Shown here piece after piece: positions 24,661-32,000 of a stretch of DNA of 32,000 nt. The notes beneath the pieces are model-generated. The model saw nothing but the letters and a program-made list of their open reading frames with translations. It searched no databases and had not been told where the DNA came from. Both the position numbers and the translations under genes were made by a program. The first letter of the stretch is position 1. Every line of letters begins with the position of its first letter. Source of the stretch: Mycobacterium tuberculosis H37Rv (GTDB lineage Bacteria; Actinomycetota; Actinomycetes; Mycobacteriales; Mycobacteriaceae); contig NC_000962.3 in NCBI RefSeq assembly GCF_000195955.2, positions 3,630,001-3,662,000 on the forward strand. The letters are read 5' to 3'.

Positions 24661-26931
24661 ATGAGCACCGCAGTCAACAGCTGCACCGAGGCGCCCGCAT
24701 CGCGATCACAGTGGATGCTGGCTAATCTGCGGCACGATGTTCCCGCATCACTTGTCGTCTTCCTTGTTGCGTTGCCACTTTCGCTGGGGATCGCGATCGC
24801 CTCCGGGGCCCCGATAATCGCCGGTGTGATCGCCGCCGTCGTAGGCGGCATTGTCGCCGGGGCGGTCGGTGGGTCGCCGGTTCAGGTCAGCGGCCCGGCC
24901 GCGGGTCTGACCGTGGTGGTCGCCGAGCTGATCGATGAGCTCGGTTGGCCGATGCTGTGTCTGATGACGATCGCCGCGGGTGCACTGCAGATCGTGTTCG
25001 GCCTAAGTCGGATGGCGCGCGCCGCGCTGGCCATCGCCCCGGTCGTGGTGCACGCCATGCTGGCCGGCATCGGTATCACCATCGCGCTGCAGCAAATTCA
25101 TGTTCTGCTCGGTGGTACGTCGCACAGCTCGGCGTGGCGGAACATCGTAGCGTTGCCGGACGGCATCCTCCATCACGAACTGCACGAAGTGATCGTCGGC
25201 GGGACGGTTATCGCGATCCTGTTGATGTGGTCAAAGCTGCCCGCCAAGGTGCGTATCATTCCCGGCCCACTGGTAGCCATCGCGGGCGCGACCGTGCTTG
25301 CGTTGCTACCCGTGCTACAAACCGAACGAATCGACCTGCAGGGCAACTTCTTCGACGCGATTGGCTTGCCCAAACTTGCCGAAATGTCCCCGGGAGGACA
25401 GCCGTGGTCTCATGAGATCAGCGCCATCGCGCTCGGTGTCCTCACCATTGCGCTGATCGCAAGCGTCGAATCGCTGCTGTCGGCGGTCGGTGTCGACAAG
25501 CTGCATCACGGCCCGCGCACCGACTTCAACCGGGAGATGGTCGGGCAGGGCAGCGCGAACGTGGTGTCCGGATTGCTCGGCGGGCTGCCCATCACCGGTG
25601 TCATCGTGCGCAGCTCGGCCAACGTGGCCGCCGGCGCCCGAACCCGGATGTCGACGATCCTGCACGGAGTGTGGATCCTGCTGTTTGCGTCACTGTTCAC
25701 CAACCTGGTGGAACTGATTCCCAAGGCGGCGCTGGCCGGCCTGCTCATCGTGATCGGTGCCCAGCTGGTCAAGCTGGCGCACATCAAACTAGCTTGGCGC
25801 ACAGGAAATTTCGTAATCTACGCCATCACCATCGTGTGTGTGGTGTTCCTCAATCTGCTGGAAGGCGTGGCCATCGGGCTGGTCGTGGCGATCGTATTCC
25901 TGTTGGTGCGGGTGGTACGCGCGCCCGTCGAGGTCAAGCCGGTCGGCGGCGAGCAGTCCAAGCGATGGCGGGTCGATATCGACGGCACGTTGAGCTTCCT
26001 GCTGCTGCCCCGCCTGACCACGGTGCTCTCGAAGCTGCCGGAAGGGTCGGAGGTGACGTTAAACCTGAACGCAGACTACATCGACGACTCCGTTTCCGAG
26101 GCCATCTCCGATTGGCGGCGCGCCCACGAGACGAGGGGCGGAGTGGTAGCGATCGTGGAAACGTCGCCGGCCAAACTGCACCACGCACACGCCCGACCAC
26201 CGAAGCGCCACTTCGCGTCTGATCCGATTGGACTGGTTCCGTGGCGATCAGCGCGCGGCAAAGACCGCGGCAGCGCTTCGGTTCTCGACCGCATCGACGA
26301 GTATCACCGCAATGGCGCGGCCGTGCTGCACCCGCATATCGCCGGGCTGACCGATTCACAGGACCCGTATGAGCTGTTCCTCACCTGTGCCGACTCGCGG
26401 ATTCTGCCGAACGTCATCACCGCCAGCGGCCCCGGCGACCTGTACACCGTCCGCAACCTCGGCAACCTGGTGCCGACCGATCCGGACGACCGATCGGTTG
26501 ACGCGGCACTCGACTTCGCCGTCAACCAGCTCGGCGTCAGCTCGGTTGTCGTCTGCGGACATTCGTCGTGTGCTGCGATGACGGCGCTCCTGGAAGACGA
26601 CCCGGCCAACACGACGACTCCCATGATGCGTTGGCTCGAGAATGCCCACGACAGCCTGGTGGTGTTCCGCAATCACCACCCGGCACGCCGCAGCGCCGAA
26701 TCCGCCGGTTACCCCGAAGCCGACCAGCTGAGCATCGTAAACGTTGCCGTTCAGGTGGAAAGGCTGACCCGCCACCCGATCTTGGCGACCGCGGTCGCCG
26801 CTGCTGATCTACAGGTCATCGGCATATTCTTCGACATCTCGACCGCCCGGGTATACGAGGTGGGTCCGAACGGCATCATCTGCCCGGACGAGCCGGCCGA
26901 CCGCCCCGTCGACCACGAATCAGCGCAGTAG
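24661..26931 (+). CDS. SulP-family transporter fused to a beta-carbonic anhydrase domain (Rv3273-like)
   Basis: N-terminal SulP domain (VALPLSLGIAIASGAPIIAGVIAAVVGGIVAG...GPAAGLT), C-terminal beta-CA motifs CADSRI and VVCGHSSCAA. GAGGAG Shine-Dalgarno before ATG 24661; an upstream GTG at 24637 is also in frame. Confidence 0.92.
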   Translation: MSTAVNSCTEAPASRSQWMLANLRHDVPASLVVFLVALPLSLGIAIASGAPIIAGVIAAVVGGIVAGAVGGSPVQVSGPAAGLTVVVAELIDELGWPMLCLMTIAAGALQIVFGLSRMARAALAIAPVVVHAMLAGIGITIALQQIHVLLGGTSHSSAWRNIVALPDGILHHELHEVIVGGTVIAILLMWSKLPAKVRIIPGPLVAIAGATVLALLPVLQTERIDLQGNFFDAIGLPKLAEMSPGGQPWSHEISAIALGVLTIALIASVESLLSAVGVDKLHHGPRTDFNREMVGQGSANVVSGLLGGLPITGVIVRSSANVAAGARTRMSTILHGVWILLFASLFTNLVELIPKAALAGLLIVIGAQLVKLAHIKLAWRTGNFVIYAITIVCVVFLNLLEGVAIGLVVAIVFLLVRVVRAPVEVKPVGGEQSKRWRVDIDGTLSFLLLPRLTTVLSKLPEGSEVTLNLNADYIDDSVSEAISDWRRAHETRGGVVAIVETSPAKLHHAHARPPKRHFASDPIGLVPWRSARGKDRGSASVLDRIDEYHRNGAAVLHPHIAGLTDSQDPYELFLTCADSRILPNVITASGPGDLYTVRNLGNLVPTDPDDRSVDAALDFAVNQLGVSSVVVCGHSSCAAMTALLEDDPANTTTPMMRWLENAHDSLVVFRNHHPARRSAESAGYPEADQLSIVNVAVQVERLTRHPILATAVAAADLQVIGIFFDISTARVYEVGPNGIICPDEPADRPVDHESAQ

Positions 26932-28089
26932 CGCCCGCGACATCACTACCCGCTGAATCTGATTGGTGCCCTCATAGATCTGGGTGATCTTGGCGTCGCG
27001 CATAAACCGCTCGACCGGGAAGTCGGTGGTGTAGCCGGCGCCGCCGAACAGTTGTACGGCATCGGTGGTGACCTCCATCGCGACGTCGGAGGCGAAGCAC
27101 TTCGAGGCCGCCGAAATGAAGCCCAGATCCGGCTCACCGCGTTCGGCGCGGGCGGCGGCGGAGTAAACCATCAGCCGAGCCGCCTCCACCTTCATCGCCA
27201 TGTCGGCCAGCATGAACTGCACGGCCTGAAACGTACTGATCGACTCACCGAACTGCTTGCGGTCCTTGGTGTAGGCGATGGCAGCATCCAGCGCGCCCTG
27301 GGCGATACCCACGGCCTGCGCGCCAATCGTGGGACGGGTGTGGTCCAACGTGGCCAGCGCGGTCTTGAAACCGGTACCGGGCTCACCGATGATGCGATCG
27401 CCGGGGATGCGGCAGTTCTCGAAGTACAGCTCGGTGGTCGGTGACCCCTTGATCCCGAGCTTGCGTTCTTTCGGACCGACGGTGAACCCCTCGTCGTCCT
27501 TGTGCACCATGAACGCCGAGATGCCGTTGGCGCCCCGGTCGGGATCGGTCACCGCCATCACCGTGTACCAGGTCGACTTGCCGCCGTTGGTGATCCAGCA
27601 CTTGGCGCCGTTGAGAATCCAGTGATCCCCATCGGCCTTGGCCCGCGTCCGCATGGACGCCGCGTCACTGCCGGCCTCGCGTTCACTCAATGCATAGGAA
27701 GCCATCGCCCCTTCGGCGGCCAACGCCGGCAGCACCTGCTTCTTCAGCTCCTCGGAGCCCCGCAGGATCAGGCCCATGGTGCCCAGCTTGTTGACCGCGG
27801 GGATCAACGACGCGGACGCGTCGACGCGGGCCACCTCTTCGATCACGATGCAGGTAGCTACCGAGTCGGCACCCTGACCGCCGTACTCCTCCGGAATGTG
27901 GACGGCGTTGAAACCGGAGGAATTGAGCGCCACTAGCGCTTCTTCGGGGAACCGCGCCTTCTCGTCCACCTCGGCGGCATGCGGAGCGATCTCCTTTTCC
28001 GCCAAAGCCCGTATCGCCGATCGCATTTCGTCGTGTTCCTCGGGCAGCTTGAACAGATCGAACGACGGGTTTCCGGCCCATCCAACCAT
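26920..28089 (-). CDS. fadE25: Acyl-CoA dehydrogenase
   Basis: 389 aa; YALSEREAGSDAASM, WITNGG and FGGAGYTTDFPVERFMRDAKITQIYEGTNQIQR. AGGAGG upstream of ATG 28089. Confidence 0.94.
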   Translation of the reverse strand: MVGWAGNPSFDLFKLPEEHDEMRSAIRALAEKEIAPHAAEVDEKARFPEEALVALNSSGFNAVHIPEEYGGQGADSVATCIVIEEVARVDASASLIPAVNKLGTMGLILRGSEELKKQVLPALAAEGAMASYALSEREAGSDAASMRTRAKADGDHWILNGAKCWITNGGKSTWYTVMAVTDPDRGANGISAFMVHKDDEGFTVGPKERKLGIKGSPTTELYFENCRIPGDRIIGEPGTGFKTALATLDHTRPTIGAQAVGIAQGALDAAIAYTKDRKQFGESISTFQAVQFMLADMAMKVEAARLMVYSAAARAERGEPDLGFISAASKCFASDVAMEVTTDAVQLFGGAGYTTDFPVERFMRDAKITQIYEGTNQIQRVVMSRALLR

Positions 28090-28113
28090 CTTGGAGCCCT
28101 CCTAATCTCCGTG

Positions 28114-28638
28114 CTAGTCGCGGGTTAACTTACCCGCAAGCCGCTGCAGTTCCGCATCCTTGGCCGCCACGACGTCGGCCAGCCGGTCCTGGAATGCGAC
28201 GATCCGGGCCCTCAGCTGGGGGTTGGCGGCTCCCAGCATCCGCACCGCCAGCAGTCCGGCATTACCGGCGCCCCCGATGGACACCGTGGCCACCGGAACC
28301 CCGGCCGGCATTTGCACGATCGACAGCAGGGAGTCAAGGCCGTCCAGCCTGCCCAGCGGTACCGGCACCCCGATCACCGGCAGCGGCGTCGCGGCGGCGA
28401 CCATACCGGGCAAGTGCGCGGCCCCGCCCGCTCCGGCGATGATCACCTCGAGACCGCGCTCGGCCGCGCCGCGCGCATAACTGAACATCGCCTCAGGGGT
28501 GCGATGGGCCGAAACAACCCGAACCTCGGCCGGAATGTCGAACTCGGCCAGCGCCGCCGCAGCGTCGGCCATCACCGGCCAGTCGCTGTCGCTGCCCATG
28601 ATCACCCCGACCCGGGGCCGCTCGCCGGCAGGAGTCAT
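28114..28638 (-). CDS. purE: N5-carboxyaminoimidazole ribonucleotide mutase
   Basis: 174 aa; [54 protein letters not shown]. Confidence 0.96.
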   Translation of the reverse strand: MTPAGERPRVGVIMGSDSDWPVMADAAAALAEFDIPAEVRVVSAHRTPEAMFSYARGAAERGLEVIIAGAGGAAHLPGMVAAATPLPVIGVPVPLGRLDGLDSLLSIVQMPAGVPVATVSIGGAGNAGLLAVRMLGAANPQLRARIVAFQDRLADVVAAKDAELQRLAGKLTRD

Positions 28639-29924
28639 AGGCGCCGCTCCTCCTCATCGCTTCGTCCCCCGCACGCGGGTGGTACCCCCACTGCATCGTC
28701 GCTGGCGCGGTGTGGGTCCCATCCGTCAGTCCACCGCCCATGGGACAACCAGTGTGCCGCCAGCTCAGCGCGTTCACACAACTGGGCGACATCGGAGCCA
28801 AGGAAGTTGATATGCCCCACCTTGCGACCGGGTCGCTCGGCCTTGCCGTAGAGGTGAACCCGGGCGTCGGGCATTCGCGCAAACAGATGGTGCAGCCGCT
28901 CGTCGACGCTCATGGCCGGCGGCTGCGCGGCGCCGAGCACATTGGCCATCACCGTCACGGGCACCACGGCGTCGCTGTCGCCGAGCGGGTAGTCCAAGAC
29001 CGCGCGCAGATGCTGCTCGAACTGGCTGGTGCGCGCCCCGTCGATGGTCCAGTGCCCGGAATTATGTGGCCGCATCGCGAGCTCGTTGACCAGCAACGCC
29101 CCGTCGGTCGTCTCGAACAGCTCGACGGCGAGCACGCCGACCACACCGAGTTCGTCGGCCAGCTGCAACGCCAACCGTTGCGCCGCGGTGGCCAGGTCGT
29201 CGGGCAGCGCCGGCGCCGGCGCGATCACCAGCACACACGTGCCGTCACGTTGCACCGTCTGGACCACCGGCCACGCCGCACCCTGGCCGAACGGCGAACG
29301 CGCCACCAGTGCCGACAGCTCGCGGCGCAGGTCCACCCGTTCCTCGACCAGCACCGCCACGCCGTCAGCCAGGCATTCGCGAGCGAAATCACGGGCATCC
29401 GCCACATCACGTGCCATCCGAACGCCCCGGCCGTCGTAACCCCCGCGCACTGCCTTGACCACGATCGGGGCGTCGACACGTGCGGCGAAGACGTCGATTT
29501 CGTCGGGGTCTTTGATGCCCGCGTAGCGGGGCACGGCGACGCCTGCTGCAGCCAGACGCTGCCGCATGACGAGTTTGTCCTGGGCGTGCACCAGCGCCTG
29601 CGGCGACGGTGCGACATTGACGCCATCGGCGACTAGCTTCTCCAACAGCTCGTTCGGGACGTGCTCGTGGTCAAAGGTCAGCACGTCGGCGCCGGCCGCA
29701 ACGCGGCGCAAGGCGGCAAGATCGGTGTGCGAGCCGATCACCACGTTGGGGGTGACCTGCGCGGCAGGGTCATCTGCCGAGGTGACCAATACACGGAGGT
29801 TCTGCCCCAGCGCGATGGCAGCCTGATGGGTCATCCGGGCCAGCTGACCGCCACCGACCATCGCAACGAGGGGGGCAATGAACGAGGTGACCGCCGGGGT
29901 GCGTGAGCTCGCCACGGCCATCAT
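28635..29924 (-). CDS. purK: N5-carboxyaminoimidazole ribonucleotide synthase
   Basis: 429 aa, ATP-grasp; [21 protein letters not shown]. Overlaps purE by 4 bp. Start may lie downstream of 29924. Confidence 0.95.
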   Translation of the reverse strand: MMAVASSRTPAVTSFIAPLVAMVGGGQLARMTHQAAIALGQNLRVLVTSADDPAAQVTPNVVIGSHTDLAALRRVAAGADVLTFDHEHVPNELLEKLVADGVNVAPSPQALVHAQDKLVMRQRLAAAGVAVPRYAGIKDPDEIDVFAARVDAPIVVKAVRGGYDGRGVRMARDVADARDFARECLADGVAVLVEERVDLRRELSALVARSPFGQGAAWPVVQTVQRDGTCVLVIAPAPALPDDLATAAQRLALQLADELGVVGVLAVELFETTDGALLVNELAMRPHNSGHWTIDGARTSQFEQHLRAVLDYPLGDSDAVVPVTVMANVLGAAQPPAMSVDERLHHLFARMPDARVHLYGKAERPGRKVGHINFLGSDVAQLCERAELAAHWLSHGRWTDGWDPHRASDDAVGVPPACGGRSDEEERRL

Positions 29925-30696
29925 GGTGTCACGGCATCTGACCGGCGTACTTGCCGGCCACGGCAGCCAAACCGTTACGTATCATTTTGCGTCGATTTTG
30001 TGTTCGTCCGTACACTCACTTGTTGTGTCCTTTGCCGATGCCACCATCGCGCGCCTTCCCGGGGTGGTCCAGCCCTATGCGCAGCGCCACCATGAGCTGA
30101 TCAAATTTGCCATCGTCGGCGGCACCACATTCATCATCGACACAGCAATTTTCTACACCCTCAAGCTGACGGTTCTCGAACCCAAGCCGGTGACCGCGAA
30201 GGTGATCGCCGGCATCGTCGCCGTCATCGCGTCCTACGTGTTGAACAGGGAGTGGAGCTTCCGCGACCGCGGCGGTCGCGAGCGCCACCATGAGGCGCTG
30301 CTGTTCTTTGCGTTCAGCGGCGTGGGAGTGCTGCTGAGCATGGCGCCGTTGTGGTTTTCCAGCTACATCCTGCAGCTACGGGTGCCAACGGTGTCACTGA
30401 CCATGGAAAACATCGCCGACTTCATCTCGGCCTACATTATTGGCAACTTGCTGCAAATGGCGTTCCGCTTCTGGGCGTTTCGGCGCTGGGTGTTCCCCGA
30501 CGAGTTCGCCCGCAACCCCGACAAGGCCCTGGAATCCGCCCTTACCGCGGGCGGCATCGCCGAAGTCTTCGAGGACGTCTTGGAGGGCGGCTTCGAGGAC
30601 GGCAACGTCACCCTGCTGCGGGCCTGGCGTAACCGGGCCAACCGGTTCGCTCAGCTGGGCGACTCGTCGGAGCCCAGGGTGTCGAAAACCTCGTGA
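29878..30696 (+). CDS. GtrA-like integral membrane protein (Rv3277-like)
   Basis: ELIKFAIVGGTTFIIDTAIFYTLKL...VIASYVLNREWSFRDRG...GNLLQMAFRFWAFRRWVF. The longest ORF overlaps purK by 47 bp; GTG 30025 is proposed as an alternative start. Confidence 0.85.
   Translation: MNEVTAGVRELATAIMVSRHLTGVLAGHGSQTVTYHFASILCSSVHSLVVSFADATIARLPGVVQPYAQRHHELIKFAIVGGTTFIIDTAIFYTLKLTVLEPKPVTAKVIAGIVAVIASYVLNREWSFRDRGGRERHHEALLFFAFSGVGVLLSMAPLWFSSYILQLRVPTVSLTMENIADFISAYIIGNLLQMAFRFWAFRRWVFPDEFARNPDKALESALTAGGIAEVFEDVLEGGFEDGNVTLLRAWRNRANRFAQLGDSSEPRVSKTS
29987..30016 (+). promoter_or_regulatory. Predicted promoter of the Rv3277-like gene inside its annotated-length ORF
   Basis: TTGCGT (29987-29992), 18-nt spacer, TACACT (30011-30016), then 8 nt to GTG 30025. 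Confidence 0.5.
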
Positions 30697-31169
30697 TACA
30701 GCAACGCATGCACCTCCCGCAGGCGCGGAATGTTGTAGAACTCGAGCGGATCTTGTGACGCGGACTCGATAATCAACGTCCCGGTGCGAAAAATCCGCTC
30801 GAAGATCCGGTCCCGGAACTCCACGCTGTTGATCCGTGCTAGCGGTATGTCGATCCCGCTGCGGGTCAGCACACCATGCCGGAACATCACCCGCCGGTTG
30901 GTCACCACGAAATGTGTGGTCAGCCAGCTCAGGAATGGCCACAGCGTGAGCCAGCCGACGATCACCAACCAGATCCCCCAGATGACCGCGTGAATCACGT
31001 TCTTAGCGATCTGCTGCCAAGGTGTCGAGTTGACGAATCCGGACCCGAACGCCGCCAACCCGGTCAGCAAGACCAGCACCACGACGGGCCAGATTAAGCG
31101 ATTCCAGTGCGGATGGCGGTGCAGAACGACCTGCTCGCCAGCGGCCAGGACATTCTCCGGATAGCTCAT
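30651..31169 (-). CDS. PH (bPH2)-domain membrane protein (Rv3278c-like)
   Basis: 172 aa; HPHWNRLIWPVVVLVLLTGL... THFVVTNRRVMFRHGVLTRSGIDIPLARINSVEF. Confidence 0.85.
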   Translation of the reverse strand: MSYPENVLAAGEQVVLHRHPHWNRLIWPVVVLVLLTGLAAFGSGFVNSTPWQQIAKNVIHAVIWGIWLVIVGWLTLWPFLSWLTTHFVVTNRRVMFRHGVLTRSGIDIPLARINSVEFRDRIFERIFRTGTLIIESASQDPLEFYNIPRLREVHALLYHEVFDTLGSDESPS

Positions 31170-31211
31170 GCCCGCGACCTTAATCTTTTGGGGACGCCAG
31201 CTCCGCGCGAG

Positions 31212-32000
31212 TTAACGCAAATGCACCACGTCGCCCGCTGAAACAACTACCGTTCGACCGCCGACGTCCAGACACAGCCGACCCTGGTCATCGATGTCAC
31301 GCGCGATCCCGACGACGTCCTGGCCACCGGGGAGCTCGACGCGCACGCGCGACCCAATGGTCAGGCTGCGAGCACGGTAGTCGGCCGCCAGTTGTGGGTT
31401 GGCGTTGCGCCACTGGATGATCCGAGCTTCGAGCTCGCGCAACAGCCTGCTGGCTATGCGGTTGCGGTCCGGTGCCGCCACTCCGAGGTCCAGCAATGAG
31501 GTCGCGTCGGGATCAACCTCTTCGGGGGCCTGGGTGACGTTGAGTCCCACACCGAGTACCACAAACGGCTGCGCGACCTCGGCCAGGATGCCGGCTAACT
31601 TGCCACCCCGGGCCAGCACGTCATTGGGCCACTTGAGGCCCGTTTCGGCCGGCGGGACTGCAATCAGGGGGGCCACCGAATCGAGCACCGCCAGACCCGC
31701 GGCCAGTGACAGCCAGCCCCACGCTTGCACCGGGACGTCGACCACACGCACACCGACCGACAGGATGATCTGCGCTCGGGCAGTGGCCGCCCAGCCGCGG
31801 CCATGACGCCCCCGCCCAGCGGTCTGATGCTCGGCGATCAACACCACCCCGTCGATATCGGCCCCGGATGCCGCCCGGGCCAGCAAGTCGGCGTTGGTGG
31901 AACCGGTTTGGGCCACGACGTCAAGTTGGCGCCACCCGGATCCAGCACCGATCAGCTGGTCGCGCAGTGAGCGTTCGTCCAAAGGCGGCCTGAGCCGATC
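31212..32000 (-). CDS. birA: Biotin-protein ligase, 5' end off the right edge
   Basis: DVVAQTGSTNADLLARA, GRGRHGRGW and GLKWPNDVLARGGKLAGIL. The frame stays open past 31982 to the window edge (DRLRPP upstream of the TTG). Confidence 0.94.
   Translation of the reverse strand, partial: DRLRPPLDERSLRDQLIGAGSGWRQLDVVAQTGSTNADLLARAASGADIDGVVLIAEHQTAGRGRHGRGWAATARAQIILSVGVRVVDVPVQAWGWLSLAAGLAVLDSVAPLIAVPPAETGLKWPNDVLARGGKLAGILAEVAQPFVVLGVGLNVTQAPEEVDPDATSLLDLGVAAPDRNRIASRLLRELEARIIQWRNANPQLAADYRARSLTIGSRVRVELPGGQDVVGIARDIDDQGRLCLDVGGRTVVVSAGDVVHLR

Noticed and set aside
1-32000. CRISPR array, IS element, MIRU-type tandem repeat or prophage
   Set aside because: No regularly spaced direct repeats, transposase motifs or phage genes were seen in the sequence or translated frames.

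Overview
High-GC actinobacterial chromosome segment. Gene content, order and protein sequences match, from memory, the Mycobacterium tuberculosis complex region Rv3249c to Rv3279c. No mobile element, CRISPR array, prophage, rRNA or tRNA was seen. From left to right: an alkane hydroxylase operon (alkB-rubA-rubB-tetR), an APC transporter, an FAD oxidoreductase, the GDP-mannose genes (manA, a SIS-like gene, pmmA), a DUF3499 gene, a zincin-like gene, whiB2, fbiA-fbiB (coenzyme F420), an orphan N6-adenine methyltransferase (mamA), manB/wbbL1/rmlD, an LCP protein (cpsA), an AMP-binding-like fragment, a small metallochaperone-like gene plus P-type ATPase (pacL1-ctpC), a CDF-like membrane gene, a CaiB/BaiF CoA-transferase, a SulP-carbonic anhydrase fusion, fadE25, purE-purK, a GtrA-like gene, a PH-domain membrane gene and birA. 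I found no wholly new multi-gene system. The strongest additional signals are: (1) a 30-bp near-palindrome over the predicted -35 of alkB-rubA-rubB-tetR, a probable autoregulatory operator; (2) a 26-bp imperfect palindrome filling the spacer of a predicted TTGATA-17-TAATGT promoter upstream of pacL1-ctpC; (3) several start codons placed exactly where a leaderless mRNA would begin, or otherwise suggesting start re-annotation (Rv3254, mamA, cpsA, Rv3277, Rv3258c, whiB2, Rv3273); and (4) apparent pseudoenzymes (zincin-like Rv3259 with no HExxH, a truncated AMP-binding protein, a CDF-like protein without a clear metal site). Locus names and literature statements are from memory, not database searches.
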